64,000 bases of DNA, from assembly GCA_025201805.1 (NCBI GenBank), contig MU619282.1, positions 62,001-126,000 of the forward strand, written 5' to 3'. A program made the translations under genes and the position numbers. This stretch comes from Parasitella parasitica NRRL 2501. Lineage: Eukaryota; Fungi; Mucoromycota. Under the pieces are notes generated by a model. The model saw only the letters and a program-made list of their open reading frames with translations. It had not been told where the DNA came from and searched no databases. Below, one piece after another: positions 51,276-62,162 of the stretch. Position 1 is the stretch's first letter. The number at the start of each line of letters is the position of its first letter.

Positions 51276-52712
51276 TTACATTTCATTAGGCTTGCTATTG
51301 GAGTCCTTGACGTTGGGCTTATCAACCGAAGAATATCCCTCTGACAAATTTCCAGCACTTGTAGGAGAGGTAATATCAGAATAACGCTGCGATTGATTAT
51401 AGCTGTGATTAGCGTACATATTTGCATCGTTGATTTCATGGCGATTGCTATCATAACCAGCTCCAGCAACAGGAACTGCACCTTCGACAGGATAACCGAC
51501 ACCCTCGTTGTAATAAGCATAGTCAGGTTGTTGCCCATAACCATTATTGTAATTGTCCTGAACATAACCCCCGTTTTGACTATAACCAGCTTGGCTATAC
51601 GCTTCCTGATAATCACCATAATGCTCAGCATTTGAAGCGCCATACATGCCTGCAACAGGCGCAGCTGCTGCAGCATAGCGATGAGAGTTTTCGAAAGGTG
51701 ACAACGGCTCAGTAGAGGCATGAGTTGCGGTGGCTCCCATCACTCCACCTGCAGCAGCAGCGTTAGGACCATGACCAAAGTTGTTTTGATTCATGTCAAT
51801 GGTGTAGTCGTCCTGGCTCAAGCCACTTTTGCTGTTCTTGGTACGGCTAGTACAACCTCCACGACGGTTCATCCAAGCCAGGAAGCCACCAATCAAAGCA
51901 AGGCCGACAACACCTCCTACCACAGAGCCAGCAATGACACCAGTTTTGCTATTTCCAGAATTATCATCACTGGCAGCAGGTGTTTCAGATGAAGAGGCAA
52001 CTGGAGCGGAAGACGAGGAAGGGGTTGTGGAAGGATCAGTGCTGGCGGATGCGGTTTGAGATGTTTGAGCAGAATCACTGCTAGAGGAGGAAGGTTGAGT
52101 GACTGACGATGAGGGAGAAGCGGATGAGCTTTCAGGGACAGATGAAGAGGCTGGAGGTACAGAAGATGATGGAGTGGCAGGATCGCTAGTTGTAGGTGCT
52201 TCAGTAGTGGTAGTTGCTTGTTCAGTGGAAGATGGTTGCTCGGGAGTGGGACTGGCAGAGGTTATAGGAGGCTCGGTGGTGGCAGGTGCTTCAGTGGTTG
52301 TTGTTGGTACAGGTGCTTCTGTCGTTGAAGTGGGAGTTAAAGAAGTTTGATATGCGGAGGTCTGTTGTTGTGATGAAGATGAAGATGCAGTAATGGCAGA
52401 TGATGTGGCAGTAATTGTAGATGATGAAGTGGTGGATGTTGACGCAGCGATTGGAGTGTTAAATAAAGAAGTAGTGGTAAGAGATAAAGTAGATTGGTCA
52501 GTTGTAGAGGCTCTGCCGTTTGCGGGTGTCGTACTTACATCGTCCGGGACAATAGCAGAAGAGGATGAATCTACTTGCTGAGCAGAGACGTCATTGCCAG
52601 ATTGTGAAGCTGAACTGTCTGTAGCATTGGACTGGGCATATGCTACAAGGATACAAAATTGCACAACTAGTAGTGCATAGATTGAAAGCTTAGCAACGGA
52701 TAGAAACTTCAT
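51276..52712 (-). CDS. Mid2/Wsc-like type I membrane mucin sensor, paralog 1, intronless
   Basis: Signal peptide, long S/T/P ectodomain, TM GVIAGSVVGGVVGLALIGGFLAW, RR stop-transfer, Y/G/Q-rich tail ending DKPN...SKPNEM. Confidence 0.85.
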   Translation of the reverse strand: MKFLSVAKLSIYALLVVQFCILVAYAQSNATDSSASQSGNDVSAQQVDSSSSAIVPDDVSTTPANGRASTTDQSTLSLTTTSLFNTPIAASTSTTSSSTITATSSAITASSSSSQQQTSAYQTSLTPTSTTEAPVPTTTTEAPATTEPPITSASPTPEQPSSTEQATTTTEAPTTSDPATPSSSVPPASSSVPESSSASPSSSVTQPSSSSSDSAQTSQTASASTDPSTTPSSSSAPVASSSETPAASDDNSGNSKTGVIAGSVVGGVVGLALIGGFLAWMNRRGGCTSRTKNSKSGLSQDDYTIDMNQNNFGHGPNAAAAGGVMGATATHASTEPLSPFENSHRYAAAAAPVAGMYGASNAEHYGDYQEAYSQAGYSQNGGYVQDNYNNGYGQQPDYAYYNEGVGYPVEGAVPVAGAGYDSNRHEINDANMYANHSYNQSQRYSDITSPTSAGNLSEGYSSVDKPNVKDSNSKPNEM

Positions 52713-53637
52713 TATGTATAATAGTGGTATCCCTCGCAAAAGTTTATTAAGAAAGAAGAAAAGAGAAAGGAACTACAGGTGGATATAAATAAAACAAGCT
52801 ATTTTTATGCCTACTAATCTAGAAAGTCCGTTTGCCCCGGGTCTTTGTATCTTACATATCCTTGGTGCCTGTCCTGTCAATAAATCCATCTCCGTATTTA
52901 TTGTATGTACTAATCAGCAAGCATCATCATACCTCAAAATTATGATGGTTAAATGCCTAGTCCAAAATTGTACAAGTAGGTGTTAGGATTGTCACTAAAT
53001 TCACAAACCCCCCCCCCCCTCCAATACACATAACAATATCAATGAAAACCGAAAGTTCCACTACAACCTTTCGTTTGATATATGATGACAGTGTCAAGGC
53101 ACTAGCAAGAAAGCTCGAAGACGTAAATTAGAGTCGTATGATATTCATGTGTAAAAAAAACATAACAAGATTCCAAGGGATGATCTACGTTACAACTCCA
53201 ACTAACTATGATAGTCGTTACCATCTCACAGTCCGCGCCATTGTTGTGCGAGAAGATTTGCATCAGGGCTCTCGACCTCGAATGAAATGACATTTTTTTA
53301 ACCAAAAATCCTGCCTAGCAAAAAAAACCCCCCTCCAGCTAGAGATTGTCATATTAAGTTTTGGATGCTGTAAATACTTGCATGTACGCATGTTTCATAC
53401 CTAAAGCAACAAGGCAATCAAATTTCTCGACACGTTACCATGTACTAGGTAAAAAAAAAAGAAAACTGACAGACAATATCATCACAAAGAAGCAGAAGAG
53501 TGTAGTATTTTGAATTTTTTAAAGATAGAAATATTATAATGTTTATTTGAAAAAAGTCTATAGTAGATATCTAATAATATGAGAGAGTAAAGAGTTACAT
53601 GTAATAACAGATAAAGTAAAAGTGTTCTAGGTTAAAA

Positions 53638-55176
53638 TTACAATTCATTAGGCTTGCTATTGGAATCCTTGACGTTGGGCTTATCAACCGAAGAATATCC
53701 CTCTGACAAATTTCCAGCACTTGTAGGAGAGGTAATATCAGAGTTATGCTTGGATTGAACATAACCGTTATTAGCATACATATTAGCATTATTGATTTCA
53801 TGGCGACTACTATCGTAACCAGCAACAGGGTAATTGACACCATCATTGTAATAGGCATATCCAGGTTGACCATAGCCATTGTTGTATCCATCTTGACTAT
53901 ACGCGCCGTCTTGACTATAATCCCCTTGGCTATAGCCAGCTTGGCTATATGCTTCCTGGTAATCTGCATAAGGCTCAACATTAGACGCACCATACATGCC
54001 TGCAGCAGGTGCAGCAGGTGCAGCAGCAGCAGCATAGCGATGAGAGTTTTCGAAAGGTGACAACGGTTCATTAGAGACATGATTTGTGGCAGTTCCCATT
54101 ACTCCACCTGCAGCAGCAGCAGCAGCAGCAGCAGTAGCAGCAGTATTAGGGTCATGACCAAAGTTGTTTTGATTCATGTCAATGGTGTAGTCGTCCTGAC
54201 TCAAACCACTTCTGTTTTTTTTGGTACGGCTAGTGCAACCTCCACGACGGTTCATCCAAGCCAGGAAGCCACCAATCAAAGCAAGGCCGACAACACCTCC
54301 TACCACAGAGCCAGCAATGACACCAGTTTTGCTATTTCCAGAATTATCATCACTGGCAGCAGGTGTTTCAGATGAAGAGGCAACTGGAGCGGAAGACGAG
54401 GAAGGGGTTGTAGAAGGATCAGTGCTGGCGGATGTGGTGCGGGATGTTTGAGCAGAACTATTACTTGAAGAGGAAGGTTGATTAGTTGAGGACGATGGGA
54501 TGGCAGACGAGCTTTGAGAAGTAGATGAAGAGGTGGGTAGTACGGTAGACGAGGTAACAACAGGATTAATGGTTGTGGGCGTCTCGGCAGTTGAAGTAGT
54601 AGGAGGTACTTGCTCAGTAGAAGTAGGTTGTACGGTAGTAGTAGTAGGTTGCTCAGTAGAGGTAGAAATAGGTTGCTCAGTAGAAGTAGGTTGCTCAGTA
54701 GTGGGATTGGCTGAAGTTACAGGTGGCTGAGTAGTAGTGATAGATGCTTCAGTTGTTGTAGTTGGTACAGGAGCTTCAGTTTTAGAAGTACGAGTGGCAG
54801 TAGTTTGATCTGCTGAAGTCTGTTGTTGTTGCGATGATGATAATGATGATGATGATACAGTTGTTGATGTAGGAATGATTGTAGATGATGAGGATAAAGT
54901 TTTCGAAGTAGGTGTAATATCAAAAGTAGTTGTAATATCAGAAGTAGTTTTTATAGTAGATTGGTCAGTCGTTGAGGTTCTGTCGTTTGCTGGCGTCGTA
55001 CTTACATCGTCAGAGACAGAAACCGAAGATGATGAACGTACTTGCTGAGCAGAAACGTCATTACCAGATCGTGAAGTCGAGCTTTCAGTAACATTGGACT
55101 GGGCATGTACTACATGGATACAAGAATGCACAAGTAGTACACAAATTGATAGCTTAGTGACAGATGAAAATCTCAT
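53638..55176 (-). CDS. Mid2/Wsc-like type I membrane mucin sensor, paralog 2, intronless
   Basis: Same architecture, identical TM sequence; ectodomain expanded by STEQP repeats. Confidence 0.85.
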   Translation of the reverse strand: MRFSSVTKLSICVLLVHSCIHVVHAQSNVTESSTSRSGNDVSAQQVRSSSSVSVSDDVSTTPANDRTSTTDQSTIKTTSDITTTFDITPTSKTLSSSSTIIPTSTTVSSSSLSSSQQQQTSADQTTATRTSKTEAPVPTTTTEASITTTQPPVTSANPTTEQPTSTEQPISTSTEQPTTTTVQPTSTEQVPPTTSTAETPTTINPVVTSSTVLPTSSSTSQSSSAIPSSSTNQPSSSSNSSAQTSRTTSASTDPSTTPSSSSAPVASSSETPAASDDNSGNSKTGVIAGSVVGGVVGLALIGGFLAWMNRRGGCTSRTKKNRSGLSQDDYTIDMNQNNFGHDPNTAATAAAAAAAAGGVMGTATNHVSNEPLSPFENSHRYAAAAAPAAPAAGMYGASNVEPYADYQEAYSQAGYSQGDYSQDGAYSQDGYNNGYGQPGYAYYNDGVNYPVAGYDSSRHEINNANMYANNGYVQSKHNSDITSPTSAGNLSEGYSSVDKPNVKDSNSKPNEL

Positions 55177-55771
55177 TATGTTATATCCTTCACAAAAAGT
55201 GTAGAAAAGAAAGAAGATGAGAAGAAAAGGATCATAGGTGGATATAAATAAAGACATTATATTTATATGTCTAAAACCTTATTCTGAGCTGTTTGGCAAC
55301 ATAAATAAGAAAGTCCGTCTGTCCTGGGCCTACTACTATGACACTCTTTGGTGCCTGTCCGTTTGTCAATGAGCTCATCCCTGTACTAATCAACTAGCAT
55401 AACTCCTATAAATTAGCTACATCTTTTCATTCTTGCACAAAATGGCCCATTTCGGTAGTTCGTAAATCTTTCAAATGACGCAAAGTTGGAGTGGCGATTA
55501 CACCCATTTGAGCAGCTGATAGGTTAGTGGTAGAAAAGCTTTATAATAGGTACTAATTACTAAAAGGGCCTCGAACATGATGCACTTAATTGTCTGTTAT
55601 TCATTTTTCTTTTGGATCATGTAAATGGAAACACAATGGTCTCTATGAGATCAAAAGTTAAATGTGATCATTTGGTTGTCATGATGAGGCGCACGGACCT
55701 GTCACTCGATTGAAATATATTGATGTAGATGATGTAGGTGTATTATTGTGTGTACCTGATTGTTAGTTAGT

Positions 55772-56275
55772 TGCCTGATTTGATTAATTGTTGCCTTTCT
55801 GGTGTTATAATTTTTTTCTTAGGTAGAATGGTCCCTGGTATAAAGAAACATCAACTTCAAGGATCTAGGATGATATCACCCTTTGAATGATACCTTGTTG
55901 TTAATAATGCCTAGTTTTAATGACATGATTATTCACGTAGTTGCATTCTGATTGATTTGACCCTACTTTTCAAACAATCAAACAAGTCTTGAGACTAAAG
56001 ACCATTATTCTCTTGATTATTCGTAGCGTAGCATGCAGGTTTTGATCTAGCTGCAAAAAAGTATTTCATTTTAATTCATCATATTACAGTAAAAGTAGAC
56101 ATATGATAGTTGCTGATTGTTTTCTCTTTATAAAATCGTTTAAACATTAAATATTATAGAATGAGACAACGTAAATCAACTCTGAAATATCAAATTTGCT
56201 TACTTTTTTTTAAAAGAGACATTTGTCGCCATATCTCAGACTTCCAAGCGAGTTGTGTTACTAATTGCTTCTTCT

Positions 56276-56343
<68 letters not shown>

Positions 56344-56376
56344 AAAACATAAATCCGATAAATTGATATACAGTAA
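55772..56376 (-). repeat. dispersed repeat, copy 2 (inverted), with internal poly(T) expansion at 56278-56339
   Basis: Reverse complement of 34424-34958 plus a ~24-bp insertion and a long T tract. Confidence 0.9.
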
Positions 56377-56698
56377 GTAAGACAACTGTAGCTCAACAAG
56401 TTGAGCTGGTAGCGAAGGAGAGGTTCCTCTTATTAGTTAAAGTTTATAGATACAACATATAAAAGGCAAGCTGCCCTTATATATTTACCTGATTCCATAG
56501 TATGCTATGTGATACATTGATTCAATCGTGAGCATTTCACGAGTGTGTAAATCGTTAATATTGTACAACAATTGTATCTCCCATAATTACAATCCATTGA
56601 AATGAGTAAAGTTCCTCTCTTTTCCCTTCTTCTTATACAAGATCGTTTTTTTTTCATTACATTACTTGTCCCAAATCCTCCCTTCAGGTTTACACTAT

Positions 56699-58733
56699 AT
56701 GAGATTCCTTAGTAACGGACTTTCATTAGTTCATCTTGCAGCTATTTCGCTTTCTATCCTTCCAAAAATGATTGTCTCTCAGCAAGCCTCAGATCCAAGA
56801 AGTTATGCCTCACCAATCATTCAGTCAAAGTATATCTATATTATTGGTGGATCCGCGGTAAAGAACAACTGCAACTATTTTAGCGAAACAGTGTGGAGCT
56901 CATCAAAATTATTAGACTTCTTTATCAGTTCCTATCCTTAATTTTACTGATGGGATTGATATTAAGAATCCTCAATGGCTTGAAAGAACTAGATCATCAA
57001 GTGATATTTTAAAACCTTTCGAAAAAGGTGTCGCCTTTCAAGGCGCTGGTAAAGTATTTGTTCAAGGTGGAATTGGAACAAGCACTGAAATGCAAAATCT
57101 GATGGGATATATGCCTGCTACTGATGGCTGGTACTGTAAGTTTATTTTTATCTCATTGGGAATACACAATTTAATTTTTCTCATCTCACCTAAAATCCAA
57201 CGCACTAGCTCCTTACCAAGAACATGTTGATAGACCAAATCCTAGTTATATGATGTCTGCCACTGTTAACCCTTTAACAAATATCTCTTATTATTATGGC
57301 GGCACTCCAATTGACTATGTCGGTTCATCTTTTGTAAGTTTCATGGTTCTATGTTTGAAAATATGTACTAACATTGTTGAGATAGTCTGCAGTATTCACA
57401 AGCTTTGATACAAAAACTGGTATCTGGAAAAAATTAAGCCCTAAATATCCTAATGCTGTTCGGCCTGGGCGAGTTTCACATAGCTCAACCATAATGTAAG
57501 TTCTATTTTTTTTCGTGCATAAAAAACTATATTCGTTCCAACATGTTTTAATATGTAGCAATAACCAGTTATTTATTATGGGTGGTGTAACTGATGATGC
57601 TAACGCAACAACTCAAGGTGTACAAGCAGATTTTGAGAGTGTTCTAGGTATTATTTGCACAAAATTGAAAGCTGATATACAAGTATTGACTATAAATGCT
57701 TGTAGTGTACGACATTAACAATGACACAGCTGTTGCTGTTGCCACTCTTGGGGATATCCCGCCTCTTAAACAATCGTAGGTTACCATCCACATCCATTCT
57801 AAATGTGCAGTGATCCATTTATATTTGATTGTCAAACATAGATTCTCTACAGCTTTAGGTCTCGATGGCCATTCTATCGTCCTTTTTGGTGGTTATACAA
57901 CAACAAGTGAAAAAGTATTTGAAGCTGCAAACAGCGATATATACATCCTTGATACATGTACTTTAACTTGGAGAAAACAATCTGTCAGTGGTACCTCTCC
58001 TGGGCCTATATATGCCCACAATGCCATCAATATTAACAATTACATGGTTGTTTTGATGGGTAAAGTGGATGAAGAAAACTATAATGAAAAGGTTTATATT
58101 CTCGACATGAAGAATTGGAAATGGGTGAATAGTTTTGATGCATCAAGTACATCCAATACAATTGCTGAAAGCGTATGCTCCTTCGACTTGCCTAGCACCG
58201 ATTCAACCAATTTTTATCAATTTAATTATGATTATGGTGTTCTTGATAATCCTCTTCGTCCCAAGAAATCATCCAGCAAGGCAAAAGGCTTCGCAATCGG
58301 CTTTAGTCTGTTTGCTCTGATAGTACTTGCCGTAGGTGCCTTCTTTTTCATTAGACGCCGTCGCAATAGCAAGGCTGCAAGGGCATTAAATCCTCGTTGG
58401 ATGCAAACTGCACCTTCACAAAGCAAAAACAGTCGAGGCCATTATGGAGACAACAGAGATTACCCATTATTCGTTTACAACAAGGAAATCGATAACGATA
58501 ATCCCAATAACCCAAACAACAAAAGGCAAAATGCCTTTGCCCCCCATGGCGTACGTACTTATACTGCTTCTGATCATGAGCAGTGGGAAGAGCAGTTGAA
58601 TCAAGAAACTGGAGATCCTCGAGATAATCAAACCACTGCTACCCGCCACAGTGATATTTGGGAGCGTATGCGTGGACTCAATGACGACGAACAATCTGGA
58701 ACACTAAAACAAGCCAAACTTTTAGATGTTTAG
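56699..58733 (+). CDS. kelch-repeat single-pass membrane protein, multi-exon
   Basis: Signal peptide; GG kelch repeats (YIYIIGG, VFVQGG, YYYGG, LFIMGG, IVLFGG); TM GFAIGFSLFALIVLAVGAFFFI followed by RRRR. Confidence 0.85.
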
Positions 58734-59141
58734 CTATAAGCATAAATTATTTTTCACTTTTCGCATTAGTTTATGCTTGTGGCTCCGAGTATAATATGTA
58801 TTCTAGCTTTACTGGTCTATCTTATTTATTTTATTTTTTTGTTGATCATAAACAAAGTTCTATCAGATATTGGTAATCAAACCAAAGTTTTTGTTGTACA
58901 AAACACTTGAAGATAGCACTACAACACCATCTCTCATATAACCACAACTCGAAGGAATCATCGAAACCGAATTCTTTGAGAATTTGTATTTTTAAAATAG
59001 TTATGCTTCGTTTTATCAAGAATATTTCACTTTCGAATCTTGCTAATATTTTACGGAGCAAATGCATAGTATGATATGAAATGGTATATATATATTTTAG
59101 TATCTTTATTCATGTAATCAAGGTAAAATGCATAATCCAGT

Positions 59142-60838
59142 CTACACCATGGCATTTCTAGGAGCGGCAAGCCTGCTTGTATCCTTGAGTTCGAGTGCTT
59201 CATGGTCACTGCTGTTGCTAAAGTCATCATCATCATCATCTAAAAATGACGAAGAAGCATCCAAAACAGTCTCACGATTACTTACTACTTCCGTATAACC
59301 TCTGTTAGTTTGTGGTGAGCTGGGATAGTTTGTCAAGGATTCCCACAAATAGATCAACGAGAATGCAAAGACAAATACAATAAAACCAAACGACAAAAGA
59401 ATATTGATATAAGACATCACATCAATATCCAAAATAGAGAGATATCCAAGTTGTTCTTCTGTACTTCCCATAAACAAAAATCCTGCCAAAATCAAAGTCT
59501 ACTTGGTTTCATTGACACATTTGGGATGATTAGTATTGTACTGCCCGGGGTGTAGCCAATATGTATACTTACGAGAGGAGGGATGTATTGCCATGGATCA
59601 ACTTTTGTAGGCTCATTTTCTTTCCAAACAAAGCAAATTTCAACGATCCTGCTCAAACCACCTGATGCTAGCATGTAGCCAAAGTAAGAGTGTATTGTGC
59701 CGCTGTTGGCTACATGCTGTGCATGGCCTTGAAAAGCAGCCGCGGTCAAAATAATCAAGATGGAGGGGATCACTGATCTCTTTCCGTTTCTGCTCAATAC
59801 AACGCCAACAATACCGGCAGCCCACCATATTATGCCCATAGAAGTATGCTGGTAATCGCCGTGATTCCAATCCTGACCCCATCTATAAATAAAAACTTAG
59901 ATCTCACATAACCTGCTTTGATTTTATCCTACGGCTTGCCTGTGCTCAGTAAATGTGTTGACGATGCCCCAAGCGAGAATAACCCAGCTATCGTACCATT
60001 CCTGGCTCTTTCCGTTCCTAATCAACAGAGGTGCTCCAACACGAAGCATCAACAGCATTACAATTCCGTAAGCCACAAATGACGAGCCCATAATAAAGTG
60101 TGCCAAACACTGTCCCTGATGATCTATTGGTTTTTGAGACGTTGGTTTACATTCTTTCCATTTCATGCATATGCGCTCATACTGACCTCCATAACAGAAC
60201 CCCAAGGAGGCAATAACACCTAACACAATTTGAGTATAACCAATAACTGGAATAGAGGCGCCGAGATATTTGTGTGTTTTAGTCAATAACGGCCTAATTT
60301 TGCCCAAAATACCCTTTTCCAAATGTAGCTTCAAGTAAACGCCTATCGCAAATTGTGAAATAACAGACCAAACCACGATATGGGCAAACCATCTATGGGC
60401 GATATGAGGTTCCTACACGATCATCAACAAAAAAAAAAATATTTATATGTATATTTGCGAGATATATGGAAGGGGGCATATATTTACATAATTTCGTCCG
60501 TTGTGTGCATGGGCTAGAAAATAACCAACTACAAATACTGCGCTCGCTAATATCTGTACTGGCACATGCCACCTATTTTTTGCGAGACCGAGCACTAATC
60601 CCAAGGGATAGAGTATGCCAAATGCTGATATTTTGTTTGATTAGCAAGGCTCTAGTTAATTGATTTGTCAAAAAAAAAAAAAAAAAAAAGTACCTAGTAC
60701 CATAGAGCAGATATGAAGCGTCATGATAAGACCAATAGGTTCGTTTGTGGCGGCACTACTATTAAACAGTGCAGGGTCCAAATTATGACTATGGCCCATA
60801 CCACTTTCATGCTGATGCTGATGCTCATGCTCATCCAT
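59142..60838 (-). CDS. YTP1: Ytp1-family multipass membrane protein, multi-exon (one GC-AG intron)
   Basis: GVYLKLHLE, GQCLAHFIMGSSFVAYG, WGIVNTFTEHR/WGQDWNHGDYQHTSMG, IHSYFGY, GFLFMGSTEEQL. Confidence 0.88.
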
Positions 60839-61194
60839 TTTAAGCGTAAAGAAGAGATATGTACAATTTAGAAAAGGAAGAAAGAAAGAAAGGGTGCTAT
60901 CTAGTCAACAGGTGCATTTTTATCAATGACGGCACCATGGATTATCCGCCAAATTAAATTCTTGGTGGTAGTAGTGTAACATGCTATTGTTTACTTTGGT
61001 GGAGTGCAAGGCTATAAAACGCACAGAAGCTTTATTCAAGTTGTATAATTCAACTATGGCTGCTACAATTTCTGCTAGCAGAGCATGTCAGCTCGCTTTT
61101 GTTGGTTTTCAAATCAAGCGACCGTCTGATGAGAGGCGGGAGTCTTGTGCAGTCCTGGAGCCGGAGAACGCACAAACAGCAAACTTGTTTGTTT

Positions 61195-62025
61195 TCACGA
61201 CACAATTTCCGTCGATATAGTCTTGTGGGTAAACCGTATCTTTCTCAATGACACTGCGTTGTCCATAATCTCGCATGCTTGCACTGCGCTTGCAATGGTT
61301 TCAACGTGTCGGATGTCAATCGTATCCAATAAACTGAGGTTTTGAACCAGGATATCAATTGATTTCGGTTTGATCTGATTGCACCACTGCAATACAACAC
61401 ATTCTAATTTCGGCAGACTATGAGCAATATTCTCCACAGTGCGGCCATCTACCCACGTGCAATAGGATAGGTCTAAATGGCGGAGATCAGCCTTGATGAG
61501 GGCGGTGCTGTCAAACATGCTGTCCAAATGGTTTGCTGTGTCAATGGAAGCACAGGGTTTGATCATGGTATTGCTTAAATCCAGGAACTTGAGGTGCTGG
61601 CAGGTGGCCTTACCTATCCAGCGGAGTATGTCGTTCGAAATGGTGCAATTGGCAAGTATCAATGTGTGCAGGTGATATGTGTTTGCTCGTATCAACGGCA
61701 AAATCGCTGCGGGTGTTAGGTGGGTGCATTTTGACAGATTTACGCACTTGAGATTGGATAATTGGCGCCAAGAAATGAGCAGCTTATCTGTTACGTGTTG
61801 ATGGATTCGTGAAAAATCCAGGTTTTGTACATGAGATTGAGTTTTTTCAGATACTTTGCTAAATGAATATAATTGGTGAGCAGAGTTCAATGCAGGATAT
61901 CGGTAGAGAACAGAGGAGGCAAGAAGATTCCAGTGCTGATCAACACATGCCGCCTCGCAAAGATCTGCCGTTGAGAGCAAATCAAGTATCGTCGTAGAGA
62001 TTTCTACTGGCACTTTTTCCATCAT
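61195..62025 (-). CDS. F-box / leucine-rich repeat (RNI-like) protein, intronless
   Basis: VPVEISTTILDLL...ACVDQHWN..ASSVLYRYP F-box; Cys-containing LRRs VNLSKCTHLT, LDLSYCTWV, VLQWCNQI. Confidence 0.85.
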   Translation of the reverse strand: MMEKVPVEISTTILDLLSTADLCEAACVDQHWNLLASSVLYRYPALNSAHQLYSFSKVSEKTQSHVQNLDFSRIHQHVTDKLLISWRQLSNLKCVNLSKCTHLTPAAILPLIRANTYHLHTLILANCTISNDILRWIGKATCQHLKFLDLSNTMIKPCASIDTANHLDSMFDSTALIKADLRHLDLSYCTWVDGRTVENIAHSLPKLECVVLQWCNQIKPKSIDILVQNLSLLDTIDIRHVETIASAVQACEIMDNAVSLRKIRFTHKTISTEIVS

Positions 62026-62162
62026 GGCAGCAAAAGAAGTAAATATGCCCAACAGCGATCATTTTGCATAAAGAAAAAAAAAAAAAATGAAACCAAAGTC
62101 AAGTCAAACACCAGTAATTTTTTATATACAACAGGGAAAAGCTTATTTCATATGCAAGGCAT

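Noticed and set aside
56389-56430. tRNA- or SINE-like start TAGCTCAA with hairpin AGCTCAAC-AA-GTTGAGCT
   Set aside because: No cloverleaf, acceptor stem or canonical B-box
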